Shown: piece by piece, positions 25,407-38,167 of the stretch
Position numbering within the stretch: position 1 is the stretch's first letter
Layout: each line of letters begins with the position of its first letter
DNA from: Amphiscolops sp. MND2022
Taxonomy: Eukaryota
Assembly (NCBI GenBank): GCA_964187785.1
Contig: OZ076416.1
Span: forward strand, 56,172,001-56,236,000
Direction: 5' to 3'
Length of the DNA: 64,000 bases
Translations under genes and position numbers: made by a program
The notes under the pieces: generated by a model
Seen by the model: only the letters and a program-made list of their open reading frames with translations
The model's database searches: none
Told to the model about the DNA's origin: nothing

Positions 25407-26596
25407 ATGGCTTTATCAACTTCTTTCGTACTTGCCAGACTCAAGGCTCCATCGATCGAAGATGACCGCGATCCGAATGAACCTCTGCCCTGGCCTGATA
25501 ACATGATTATGTACGTGCCAACTCACAGCCAAATGACTGCCGAAAACCTCGCTTGGTGCTCAGCCATCGCGTCTATCCTCGATCTATGCAACCTCGACTA
25601 CCAAGTGCAACGATGCTCTAACTACGATTACTTGGCACCCACGAAACTCTATCCCGTCATTCGCAGTGGCAACGGTTTGGCTGCGGGTTTCGAAAACATC
25701 CTGTTCTACATCAAAGGTTTGGGCTCTTTTCTGTTACCTCCCAATTTTTTGGTGAAATTTTTAAGAAGGTTTTTTGATTGTCTTCAAGTCTTTTTCATAA
25801 AGAAACCTATTTTGATTCATTTCGAGTGTGACAATTTGGAGTTGAGATATACAATTTGTTCACACTGTACTCATTTTTGATCAGAAAATTAACAGCTTCC
25901 TGTTTTGAGTCACAGAAAAAAACAGTAAATACGATCAAAATTATATGTTAAAATTTGTGAAAAATGTTTTGTTCCAGCAGAAAACTATTCCAATAGACGT
26001 TAACTTCCTGCTGTGAAAGGTTTCACTTTTAATTAGGCTTGCCTGAAATTTTTAAGGAAATTTACTTCAAAAAACTGGTGGTGGGGGAAACAGAAAAGAG
26101 CCAAGGTTTGGGTCACCTGCCGTCGCTCAGATTGTCAGACGTTGAAAAAGCGGAAGCTTACGCTTTCATGGTTTACATCGACACCACGTTACATAAACTG
26201 GAGCGATTTCTGTGTTGGTGCGTTGAACGTGAATTCAAGTCAAAAACGCGTGAATGCATTGCATCAGTTCATTCGTGGCCTGTGAACAGAATCTTGCCCG
26301 AGTTGAAAAGACTCAAGTTTAGGAATCAGATGAAAACATTGGGATACCCACCTAATGAGGACGGGGTCAACAAAATTATGGAAGAGTTTGAAGTGTTATG
26401 TAAGTCTGTCTTGACCAAGGCCGGTGATGGGTTTCTGTTCGGAGACAAATGCACCGAAGTCGACGTCACTTTAGCTGCCCATGTCAAAGCCCTGGATGCT
26501 TTGTTACAACCTTATTTGGAAAGCAGAGAAAGTGTTTCTCATCTTTACACACAGTTGTTGGACTTCGTGAAAAAATGCCATGTTCCTGATTTATGA
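25407..26596 (+). CDS. MTX2: Metaxin-2 (mitochondrial outer-membrane SAM-associated); exons 25407-25716 and 26037-26596
   Basis: PWPDN..Y...CNL..V.RCSN..Y..P N-terminal GST-like motif. EKAE..AFM..L..W and Y.WP.N.IL-like motifs. FLFGD..TE.D..L..H C-terminal motif. GT-AG intron in phase 1. Confidence 0.88.
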
Positions 26597-27751
26597 AGTT
26601 GGGTTTCATGCAGAAAGAATCGAATCATTTCAGGTGATGAAAAATAACCTGGAAGCTGCACAATTATCGACTTTGCAAAGTTCCCAACACAGGCTACTTA
26701 GTTTCGAGGAACGGTAACGCCCATTCTTGCGCTCTTCTCTATTTATTCAGTGAAATTGATTTTTTTCGAATGTAAAAATTATCTAAAATGACTTGTTTTT
26801 GAATATATATTGTCAAATTTGTTGGTTTTGTATTTGAAAGTTTTCATGCTTGAGATTTATCGATTGGTGAATGTTGCCAACGGTCATAAGATTTATCCTT
26901 GACCTTCTTTCCATAATTGTATCACGTACAGTACTGTGATTGAGAAATCATCCCACGTGTGGATTTAGGCTCGAAAGCGTTCGAAAATGTTGAAAATCAG
27001 AATTAAAAATTTCTTAGAATTTTATCTAATTACATTAGTATCTTTTTAAAGTTTCTGAGACAAAAATTTTGAGTTTTATGCTCGATTGACTCCCGCAAAT
27101 CTACGGAAATCATGGATATTTTTTGATTTCGAGATCGATCAACCGAGTAGCCGGAAAGTAGCTCAAACTTCAGTTCAGATATAGAATCGCCGAAGTTCCA
27201 TCCTCTAAGAGGCTGTAGATCAACTCGCCGTCAACCAGCTACGGTAGAGTCCTCTGTAAGTGCCATAGTGCACGAGGGAGAGCTGTCTTAACCTTCACAA
27301 ACTTTCGGCTGCAACCAAGGCTGGCATGTTTGTTTCAAACTGTTTTAAACAGCAGCAAAAATGTTTTAAACAATAACAAAAAAAAAACATTTTCACGTAG
27401 CTATGCCTCGCTTCAAAGAAAATCTTAAGCCTGAAGAAAGTCGACAATGCATGAGTTACAAAGAAAACTCTACTTTGGGTCTTACCTATGGTTCTCCTCG
27501 ACGAAATTTCGAGGTTGAGAATGCTGAAAAATTCGAATTTTTGTTCAGACAGTTGAACAATAAGTAATTGTATTCTAAGCATTCAACCTTACTTTTACAG
27601 GAAAAAGGAAAAAATGTGAACATATTTTTTTCGAAAAAAAGCTGTTTGTTTCATTCGGGTTCACAACACATTTTTCCCAGCAGTGGCTGCAACTAATAAT
27701 CACATAGCCAAGTCATTTGTGACGATTGATAAAATTGTGATTCAGATAAAG

Positions 27752-29501
27752 ATGGCGGTGGTGAATGTAGCGAAACATAGAATACTGCCCAATGTAGCAC
27801 ATACCCCCACAATTCCCATCAAACCAGTCACCCATAGCCAGCGGGTGTGCAGACTGTACAAGAGACTATACCGCATGAAGGAGAGCCAGATGTTTGGCTT
27901 CGACAGGGCCCAGATCAACAGAGCCAGATTCTGCATCTGGAGAGTGTTGTTACGTCAAAGGTTTGACGAGAACTCCGACATTAAGGACATGAGAGAAGCC
28001 GACAGGCTGATTAAACTAGGCGAAATGGTGAGTCATACAACAGATAGAAGACCCATCCGAGGTCTTCTGTAAAGTTTCGTTCTAGTGTAAACACATCTTT
28101 TATGACTTTCAAAACTCACAAAGATTATCCAGTTTGTTGAAAACGTTTCAATTTCAAACAAAATTGAATCTAAGTTATGTGATGATCATTTCAATGGAAT
28201 TGTTTAAATTAATATATATGAATAATACAACATATAATCCCTGGAATTGGTGATTTTCAAAGAAATAATTGATTGATTTCAACGAGGTTAGGAATCACTA
28301 CAGGAGCTCTGATTTTACCCGCAAAACTACTTCACAAAGCACTCGGGCGTTGCCCGAAGATTCGGTGGTCTGATTTTGTTCAGTAGTTTCTGGAAACGTA
28401 TCTGTTTAATGAGAAATATCAATTGACTGATAGGTCGTTTTTCACCCATTTTCAATTCATGATGAAATAGTTCTTTATGAAGCACACTTTTGCAAACTAC
28501 ATCATTTTTTCAACAGTATTGCAGAAAAAACATGTGTTGCAACTTCAAATATTTACAAATATGTCACTAACTGAAATGCCCTTTTCAAGAATCTTTCCTC
28601 CTTGGAAGAATACGTGTATTCAGTGAAAGATGTTTGTTTTTTTTTACAGGAGCTGAAGAGGATCACGGTGTTGTACAACTACAAGTTCTGGGACTCGCCC
28701 GATGGGATCGGCTGGGACAGGTACGCACACGAGCCCAATGACGTCGTGCTGGAGAAGTGGCACGAGAGTGAACGCGCCAGGTACCCCGACTACTTCGACA
28801 AGCGCCAGCAGAGACACAAGGAACAGCGGGAGTGGGCCAAACTCAAACTCAAGGTTATCTTCATTTCATTTTTCATTTCATCAATCTCATTCTATTCCTT
28901 CGTGTCCCTGCCGGGGGGGGGGGTCTCATTAATGTTTTGAGACAAAAAGTGCAGTTGGGTTTATGGAATAGTTTTGGGTACCTTGTTGACAACCCCCGCC
29001 CCCATTTCGAGGCCACATACCGTTATTAGGATATTCCTAAATGGTTGAATGTGTTTGACTTGAATTGAAAATTTTTATCACAAATCGGATGAAAAGATGA
29101 AAATTGACATCTGAAGGTCATATCAACTTTGTTTTCGATTTTTTAAAAGATATCTTCAGTGATTTTTTTTCAATAGAATTTGCCAGAAATTCATCAGAAT
29201 TAGTAAACAAAAATTGCTTCAAGTGAGGGTAGTGAAACCATGAGGACAATCTTGTCACACTAACTGCTCGCTTTTAACCTTTTTGTTCTAACTTTAGGCG
29301 AAAGAAATTGAGATCATCCTCACCCTTCATCTAAAATTTCGATGTTATCTTCTAAATATGAAAGTATATTTTTAGGAATATGACGAGTTTTTCGAAAACT
29401 GGAAGAAAGAGCACCCGGAACTGTATGAGGATTACAAGTGGTTGTTTGAACACGAGAAGCGCTACGTCGACAACCATTATCATGTGGAAGACCATCACTG
29501 A
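27752..29501 (+). CDS. NDUFB9: NADH dehydrogenase (ubiquinone) 1 beta subcomplex subunit 9; exons 27752-28027, 28650-28853, 29376-29501
   Basis: LYR-family TH.QRVCRLYKR...RQRFDEN..KDM.EA..L. Second exon has DSPDG..WDRY and WHESERARYPDYFDKRQQ. Donors GTGAGT and GTTATC, both introns phase 0. Confidence 0.92.
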
Positions 29502-30627
29502 TACCATCACTACTAGCCAGTATTTTGACTGATTTTTAACTGATAACTGCACTACAGACTTGTTTAATTACTTGAATTTAACTGAAGGGTTTCATATTCA
29601 AATTTGTCATAGGCAATAGATTATTTCTCTATAATCATTTTTTTTCAGTATTCCTATCCAAGCTCTAAATTGTGTTACAATAACAATTTTCTCTCCTATA
29701 GTAATTATATATAGTAATTGCCGGTAAAATTTGAAGCAAAAGTTTTCAAATCTAAAGTCAAATGCAACGGAACTCCCTCAATAACTCGAAAGGACCTGAA
29801 AATTAGTTGCCATTAGGCGAGGTTTTATTCGCTATCACTGAAAATCCTCTTTCAAAGAAACAAAAGCTACAAATAAAAATGATTTCACCAGGCCTGAGTT
29901 CAGGATATAACCATGCATAACATCGAGAAAAGATACAAAGTTTTCATTTCCATTGGTACATATCCAAACATGCTTTACAGAGCTCGTATCAATCTGAATA
30001 GACTTCTCCATCCATATGATAAATTGAACGGACAGGACTGCAGAATCAACTGTCTATGCGCGAATTTGTCATTGAACGACTTACATTGTAATTGGAAACC
30101 AGAAATTAACGAATTCATTTCCTTGAAATAAATTGGAATAGGCACAATGTCACCGCGGCTTATTTCGTATCCTTGGAAAGTTCCAAGATCAAGATGTCAC
30201 ATGAGCTCCGAGAGAAGTAGGATGTTTAATCAACTACGTCAATCTACTTAGTGCTGAAAAACTAAGTTGAGAGCTGTATTTGTTCGTAAATTTGCGATAT
30301 AAGAAATGTTTCTGGAGCATTTTCGAGAAACATTTACATGGACGTTTTCGTCAAAATGTTACTTCGAAACCTCGTCCGAAGTATGGTTGCCACACAGGCC
30401 TTTTCTGGGATAAAACACTAAAATATCAAAACGCTAGAAAACCATTTCCCCACAAAAAATTTTGGAAGCACACTTCTCAAGCTATGCCTATGTCAGTGAA
30501 AACGTTAGTTTGTCGAAAAAACATGGAAATCAATAAAATAAAAATCTTCGTTTTTTGTGGTTTTAAAAGCCGTGATCTTTGAAAAGCCAATCCTTGAAAC
30601 GCACAACTAATCACTGCTACAAAAGAT

Positions 30628-31420
30628 CAAACCGGGAACGGCCCAAGTCGGCGTCTCATCTAAGGCTTAAAAATAGCAAACGGACTTCAAAGTGTCAAAG
30701 TATTCTCTTCTACAGTACCCGAAAAACTCAAAAGTTGGACCGAATTGGCGCACCATGCAGGACACTTTGAGATTCTTCATCCATTCTGTCGCAAATCAAA
30801 AAAATTGAAGGGACCCTTTGGTGATAAATTCGAAAAAAAGATTGCCGAAAAAAACGGGAAGGGGGACCGGTTAATCTCACCCGGTATTGTATGTTACGCG
30901 GAAAAAAGGAAAATCTTTTTTGGTTCATTTCCGGGGCCAACAGGTACAATTTACATTTTTGTAGAACTTTTAGAAGAACAATTTTGGTCAATTTAGAAAG
31001 CTCAAAAAACAGACGAAAAGCCATGACTAGTTATGAAGGGGTGGCCCTTTGGTGGAAGAAAATTTTGAAAAAAAAGTTTCACAATGTCAAAAACCTAAAA
31101 GGAGGACTCTTTGGGATTTTCAACATCCATTCTGTCGGAAAACTCCAAAAAATGAAGGGTGACCATTTGGGGAGTTTTTTTAAAAGTCTCACAGAGCCGA
31201 AAATACTTAAGGGAATAGTCTTTGGTCCCGTTGAGTTTCTTAGATGATGTAAAAATACGTTGAAAACTTTTGTGCAATTATTTATAAATTTGCTAGCTAA
31301 AATTCATGAATCAGGAAAACTGTAGAAAGTGGACCATTCAGAGTGAGATTATCAACTGAAAAAAACCTACCCACTGTAACAGTCGGGCTTTTTTCCTCAA
31401 AGGAAAAGGCGCCGACTAAA
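30628..31420 (-). repeat. Dispersed Helentron/HINE-like repeat copy
   Basis: Terminal hairpin 30632-30641, AAGTCGGCGTC, ATCTAAGGCTTAAAA. Far end GGCGCCGACTAAAA about 31408. Confidence 0.6.
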
Positions 31421-32399
31421 ATCGTAGCTACAGATTTTCTAAGTAGTTCTAGTTTAACCCTAATCGAGACTGCGGGAACTTTTTAAATGCTGCAGGACTG
31501 TATTTAGGGTAATTTTCAAATAGAGCAGAGAAAAATCAGTAAGTTCTCGGTTGAAAGTGTAGAATTACACTACTTTTTCCCCGCTTCAAGTTGAAATCGA
31601 AACTAATTCCCATTTTGTTACCAAGACGATCACGTCAATTTCACGCTTGACTTTTGTATTGCACTCGGATAACGCTGAAGATGAGACTATTTTACTGTTT
31701 ATTTTGTAAATTAGGTCAATCCGTATTGGCGGTAAAATTGATTCCACTTTAGTTGCATTGAAAAACAGAACTGCTTCTCAATGGAACCTGCAACTATTTA
31801 AGGCTTTAGATTGCCGCCAAATCCATGATGCGTCTTTCATGCTTGATAAAAGTCGAATGCAACAGGGAAATACCTTCACCTGAAAAATCAGCGAGAGATT
31901 CAGAAAATCATAAATAACTTGCAAATTTTTGATGCAATTTGAACAAGGGGCCACCCAGAACTCAATCTTTACTTCTCGAAAGATTTCAACAACCTCAGCA
32001 GAAAAAAAGTTGAACAAAGTGTCTTATGTACCTATTTTTGCCGATACGCTAGGGTACCAAAACAATACGATTCTGTTTCGCCAATAAATTTTCACACGAA
32101 CCTCCAAAAGGACAAAACTATCTAAAATGTCGATCAAAAGAGTTACGAAAATGTTTTGTTCAGGTCGCTAATTTTTGACTTCACAATTTTACTGATAACG
32201 CCCTACCGTAAGAACTTGCATGGTAAAATGATCAAATAGTACGAATTCAGCTTTATTCCGAAAAAATTTTGTTTGAACGCCATTACAACAGATTGTGGCT
32301 GTTAATTGCTAAGAAGGCATTTTATTCGACAGTGGTAGTTATGAAATTTAGAAAACGGTGTCAAAGCAACACCATTGAGGAATTTTTTCCGACTATACT

Positions 32400-32893
32400 T
32401 TAAAGACCAATTTCAATTTTGTGGAAAACATTTAGATTTGGATGCAAATCGAATTCATATTAGTTCAAAACCTTTTTATATGAATGCAAATCGATTTCAA
32501 ATGGAATCAAATTTTAATTTGAGTGTTTATTTCAATTTCATTGTTACGCAACTTATTTTCATTTGGATGGACAAACGTCAATTTCTTCGTTCTGAATTCG
32601 TTTTGATTTGCTAAATCGTTTAAAACATTCAGCACAGATGATTCTTGTCGACAATTTTCAGCTTCAGGTTTCAATTTTGAAATTTTTAGTAATTAGGTTT
32701 TTTCCGTTTTTTTTGTAAGATTCAGTCGGATTTGTTGGATTTTTGAACGTTAAGATTTGCGATTTGAAGCAATTTTTCGGAACGTTTATGTTGTGAGTAG
32801 TAAGAGAAATCCCTCCTTAGATCAGTCCAAAACTAAGAACAACAAAACAGGCCCTTTTTTGGTATCCCAAAAAAGCCTTGTGATGTCTTTTAC
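32400..32893 (+). repeat. Dispersed repeat with minisatellite-like body and conserved about 100-bp 3' end; inverted partner at 51848-52330
   Basis: 32796-32893 (AGTAGTAAG...CCTTAGATCAG...GGCCCTTTTTTGGTATCCCAAAAAAGCC...TTTTACT) matches the reverse complement of 51848-51947. Confidence 0.7.
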
Positions 32894-32929
32894 TAAGACA
32901 TCAAAGAATTTGTTAACAAATACGGACTA

Positions 32930-33290
32930 GAAAACGCAGCCACAATTAATGTGAAAAATAAGATATCTTACATATCCTAAACACTCCGTGTGGAATATTT
33001 ATTAGAGATGATACATTCTATACAAAAGCAGGTATAGCCAATTTACACCCAACTAAAGGAACACATTGGGTTATGTTTGTTAACGAGTATTACTATGAAT
33101 CATATGGCTGCCCTCCTCCACTGAACATAACAAATCACATTAATGAAAGTTTCTCTTCAGAAAATCATATTCGGAAAAATGATAGTTATTGACCAGCATA
33201 TTGATAATACATTTTATATCTTGCAAATATAATCGGTTCTAATAAGGCAGGACTAGATTTATACTACCAAGCATATTCATCAATGAAAAA
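32930..33290 (+). pseudogene. Adenain-like (Ulp1/C5) cysteine protease remnant
   Basis: GIANLHPTKGTHWVMFVNEYYYESYGCPPP at about 33030-33120. The catalytic Cys region (DSY*PAY*) carries stops. Confidence 0.7.
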
Positions 33291-33509
33291 TTATCATTTA
33301 TTAATAAATGAAGAATATTAAAACTTGTTCAGCTCAATCTAAAATCATCTCAGAACAACACTCAGAAAAAAATGTCTGCAAATCAAAATGATCCAAATGA
33401 GTTTTATGAATATCAAAAACCGAAAAGTAAGAAAAAATTAACAGAAGATAGACCTTAATTCATAAACCACATATCCGCTAGTCGGTTTAAACAATTTCAT
33501 GTATAAAAA

Positions 33510-34560
33510 ATGGATCTATCAAACCTTGTAACTTATAATAGAAAGGAATCTCTTTTGCTGAAAACTGCAAACTCTAATCAAGAAATTGTTGAAAATACTC
33601 ATTCTAAACCAGAAGAAACTCTAGAATTTAAAATGACTAAAGAAAAAGAATTTCTTTATTTGATGTACCTCTTGAATTGATTGAAAAATGGCAGATGGGA
33701 GTAACATGTCTAGAGGTGTACAATATCGTTTATATAGAATCACTGAAAAGTTTAACAAACGTTTCAACTTCTGACAACAGACGAACAACACGAAGAATTT
33801 GGAGTCGACACGCAGTTAATAAAGAATGCTGAATAATTGTATAGAACGGTGAAAGATGATAAAAAGTATATGGAATTTGTAGAAAAAGCTAATGCATTTA
33901 TAATTGATGGTTATTATAAACAAAAAAGGCTTACGAGAAAGATTTTATTTCTTTAAAGGAAATAATTTAAGCTTTTAACCAACAACAGAAATCTATAGTC
34001 ATTCCCGACTTTATAATTATTGAGAATGATTTCTTCAAAACCGAATTACCACCAGGAGCATATGAATTAGTCAAAATAAATAATCCTATGAAGCAAAGTT
34101 GTTGTTTTCATTTATGAAGTAGATGATAAAACTGATTCCGAATTTGAATACAACATAGAGGCAGATACAATATCAAAGAAATGAGTTTTACCAACTTTAA
34201 ATCCCATTATGTTTAACTCAGAATTGAATAGACTTCTAGATTTCACATCTAGCACCTACACGGTTGGAACTCATAAATCAGAAAAACCAGTTATGATTAC
34301 ATCAATAGACAAAGTTCATCTGAAGTGTGATTGTTTAGATGGCTCAATCAATAATGGAGTTCGAGAACAGATACTTTATTCATTTAATCTTTCTTCCCCA
34401 GCAGGATACAAAATTATAAACAATCCCACAACTGTTTTATACAAAAAGAAACAAAACAAGACTAACCCAAAGACAATTTTTCTTAGAAGACTCGAACCAT
34501 AACCCAGTATATTTCAACGACGAGACACTCACATTTGTATTTCAAATCATCAAGATTTAA
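33510..34560 (+). pseudogene. Polinton minor capsid (penton-like) protein remnant
   Basis: SIDKVHLKCDCLDGSINNGVREQILYSFNLSSPAGYKIINNP. N-terminal LLLKTA..PEETLEFKM. Confidence 0.65.
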
Positions 34561-34685
34561 TAGCGAAGCTTAGACATTACTTTCCTAAATGAATGAGCTT
34601 TAATAAATTTAAAAGTAATTTTTATCGTGTTGGTGGCAAACACTAATCTGCCGCATTAAACATCAAAGGGGATGTTACTCAGAGT

Positions 34686-35300
34686 AACTAGACGGGAACG
34701 TCTAAAGTCGGCGCTATATCTAAGGCTCAAAAAAGCGCAATTTTTTAGGTTTTTTAGAGGGGGGACCCTTTCGACTTTTTGAAAATCCAGTCTGTTGCAA
34801 AGTATCAAAAAAGTTGAGGGGGACCCTTTGGAGACATTCAGAAAGTATAAAAAAATTTTGGAAAAATTTCCGAGAAAAAACGAAAAATGAGATTTTTGAA
34901 ACAGTCTCATGGTGCCGAAAAACTAGAAAGGGGGGACCCTTTGGGTTTTTTGAAACTTCAGTTTGTTGCAAAATATCAAAAAACTTGATGAAGGGACCCT
35001 TTGGCGACAGAAAAAGTTTCGAAAAAAAGTCGCAATATGCCGAAAAAAGTGAAAGAGTCGCACAGTGCCGAAGGAAATTGGTCGAAAAAGTTTCTGGCTA
35101 AAGCAAGGACTCGAACCCGTGACCGCTGGGTTCACCGTAAACCGAATACTGACGAGTACATGTGAGCGAGAGTGAAGTCTGTAAAAAGTGGTACATACGC
35201 GATGAGGTCTGTGGTCTGACGAAAAAAAAAGAAAAAAAGAAAAAAACTAGCCACTGTGAGAGTCGGGCACTTTTTCCTAAAAAACGCCGACTAAAAAAAA
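34686..35300 (-). repeat. Helentron/HINE-like repeat copy inserted in the Polinton, with a tRNA-like B box
   Basis: Terminal hairpin TAGACG-GGAA-CGTCTA at 34689-34704, AAGTCGGCGCTATATC, B box (plus-strand GGACTCGAACC) at 35107-35117, far end ACGCCGACTAAAA. Confidence 0.65.
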
Positions 35301-35689
35301 CTGGCATGCCAGTAAATTTACAATGTGGCAAGTGTTTAACATGTAATAGAAATAAATCACTTATAGTCTCACTAAATCACTTTTGCTGCAGAGGGATTCA
35401 GTATATTATTTTTTTCGCTTGGGAAAGCGGCCAAGAATGTTGAAAAGAAAATACTCAATAATCTTGGAAGAGCACTGGAGCTCGCACCTAATATAGGAAC
35501 AGCAGCAGCAAGTAAACATTTAAAACTTTTTGCAGCAACTGCTCCCGATATTATATAATTTGTTCATCAAAGTAAGGGTTTATATCTGGGTAAATTTAAT
35601 GATTCATTATTATGAAAATGTCTACAAGTTATATTTTATAATAATGAATGTATTCATTTCATAATCGTGATGATTTAAAAAAACTGAAA

Positions 35690-36560
35690 CATTTTGGTAA
35701 GAACTTTAATCCACAATAAATTCTAAAAGAGAAACTTGGGAAGCAAGACTTTCATTACGCAAATGAAGAAGTTTTACGCAAAACGGGTTTTTGAACCTGT
35801 TACTGAAAACCAGAAACAAAACCAAACTAAACAACAAGAACTTTCCGAAAAACAAATACAAGCGCTACGTGATTTTACTCAAACTACAACACAAGGAATC
35901 GAAAATCAGACAAGAGCAATACAAGAAAGTAGTGATACTTTAAATGAAAATTTACAAAAATCTAATAAAGAAGGAATACAACAAAAGGGTGAAATTTCAA
36001 ATAGCAATACTCAATTACTTACTAAGCTTTTTAATTCTTATCAAGTTGATTCTATAATTATTAAGACAATTTCTAACTCACTTAATGACGAAAACAAAAG
36101 TCAATTCATCTTGGAACCTTTTGCATTTCATCAAAATTTTTCACAATTAACCCTACTAATCCTCAACAAGTAATAATCAAAAACACTTCACTAAATTACC
36201 TGAGTAGTGGTAACACATACGATATAAATGATCCGGATCTTTCATATTTTATAATAATTCATAACTAATATTAAATTTCAATTTCTTAAACGACTTTGAC
36301 AACGATATAAATTATGGAGATGAAAAGTCAAAAATATAATAATTCATTGAAGATTTGATCAAAATATTAATAAATTAACAATCACAAGTAGGGAGTGGAT
36401 TAAAATTTTTCTTTCTTCCATTTGATCCAGATGAGCTTGTAGATCAAATAAAACTAACTTTCGTAATTGAAAAAGTAGAGGGAAATGATAACCCTATGCT
36501 GGGTGAACAAATCGCAGCAATTGCAGATAAACTACTTGAGTATGAAAGTATTACAAAAAA
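35690..36560 (+). pseudogene. Polinton accessory coiled-coil protein remnant
   Basis: Q/N/K-rich ORF 35736-36173. C-terminal DPDELVDQIKL...GNDNP.LGEQIAAIADKLLEY is recalled as typical of Polinton-like elements. Confidence 0.5.
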
Positions 36561-36599
36561 TCAAAACCAAAACACTGTCTCTGTTTTTAATTCATCAAT

Positions 36600-37330
36600 T
36601 TGCCTAAAAAGGACCCGTTTGTGGAATAAAGATTTTATGCTTTCGATTAGACTCATTGCACCCCTGGTACTTACATCCGTTTACAGAGACATACATCTTC
36701 TAACCTGTTCATCAAAAAAGAGTTTTTTCTTTCCATGCCTCCCTTCACAGTTATTTTATTTGTCGTATTAAAACCAGCTATGTCTCTATAAATGTGTTCT
36801 ATGTCTTTCAATGTTTGTTGAAAAAAACTATATCATTACTATTGTTTCGTATGGTGCGCTTAGGGAAATCGAAGTAACTTTGTGATAAATAATATACATC
36901 TAAGTCATTATGCTTTCCTTTTAAAAAATGGATCTAATAATTTATGGTTGATATCCAGCAAATCATCAAATACAACACATGCATTCCGAATTGTTTCCAA
37001 AACTCCCACATTTTCTTCCACTGAAACATCTTCAATTTCAATACTGTTATATCATTCCGGACTCCTTGTAATGAGATAGATCCATCCGAAGTATCAGATA
37101 ATCGAATCTTAGTTTATTCAATAGCGAATATGTCCGTCCACAAAAACAAGAACCACTTTTTAATGTCCTATTAAAGTCATTTTCAATATCATTTGCATGA
37201 AACTCATTCGAATGATTTCTTTTCTGCAGTTTTAGTATGTTTTTTTATATGTTTTGATATGTATGTTCCGTGGAATACCCGATCAGAGTCGTCACGTTTT
37301 TTAAATTAAAACATTCCATGGATTTGTTAT
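36600..37330 (-). pseudogene. A32/FtsK-type packaging ATPase remnant (canonical copy)
   Basis: Walker B ACVVFDDLL (about 36955-36985), then YLSQSYFDFPKRTIRNNSN.IVFFQQTLKDIEHIYRDIAG. Walker A degenerate. Confidence 0.75.
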
Positions 37331-37708
37331 GGAATGTATTGTTTAATATTTATAAAAATCTAATTTAAATATATTGCATTCCTTGCACCTCTTTTTATGC
37401 TCACAATCAGCACAAACTGAGTTTTCACTACTATTAGCACAAATTTGGCACTTCTTTTATTTAGTAAAAATTCATCACCAAGAGCACTACTACTACTACC
37501 ACTATTAGCATATTTTTGGCACTAAACCGTATATGTGTGTGCCTAACTAAACCCTTTGTATTGCTCTTAGTGAAATGCTTAGTGAATCAAAATTCACTAA
37601 GAAATCAGATCCATTATTTAGGTTTTTGGTGAAATTGACTGCTTGTTGATCCCGGTATTGTTGTATTTTGTTCAAAAATCCTAAATTACTACTGTATGAT
37701 TTCATAAT

Positions 37709-38167
37709 TTAGTCAAAAAAGTTATCTGGACTATTAATAGTACTATACAACTTCACACAGTTTTCCCTAACATTCGGCAATACATATTTTGCATAATGTG
37801 CCAAAAAAATAGACTGGATATTTTGATGTCTGCCAAATCTAAACAAATCCTTTACCTGTGTGCGTAGTTGTTTGTATGCACCTGCATCCTCTAGTATTTT
37901 TGTTTTATTAGCTAGTTTCTCGATATCAAATTTCTCTAACTCTAACGGAATAAAATTTTGTCTTTGGATTTTGTTACTGTCTCTGCCGAATACTAAATAA
38001 TCTGACTTAGTCTGATCTAGATGATGTTTTAAAGAAGTAGTCTTCCCCGATCCTGAGCTACCACACACTAACAAGTGACAATTTGTACTACTGATCGGAG
38101 TGGTAAGCTCTTGGTCTCCGGGTTCGTTAGTTAGATGGCAATATTTGAATCCTTTATTTTGTTTCAA
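37709..38167 (-). CDS. Second A32-like P-loop ATPase (open N-terminal part)
   Basis: HLLVCGSSGSGKTT (Walker A), KILEDAG (Walker B-like) and LFRFGRHQNIQSIFLAHY (A32-type GRH motif). Confidence 0.7.
   Translation of the reverse strand: MKQNKGFKYCHLTNEPGDQELTTPISSTNCHLLVCGSSGSGKTTSLKHHLDQTKSDYLVFGRDSNKIQRQNFIPLELEKFDIEKLANKTKILEDAGAYKQLRTQVKDLFRFGRHQNIQSIFLAHYAKYVLPNVRENCVKLYSTINSPDNFFD

Noticed and set aside
28910-28925. Long G run in NDUFB9 intron 2 as a G-quadruplex element
   Set aside because: A single homopolymer of uncertain length in an assembly, with no supporting context.
37484-37500. (ACT)4 run as a Polinton AGTAGT terminus
   Set aside because: It is internal, has no matching partner TIR, and reads as a Ser run within the small Cys-rich minus-strand ORF.
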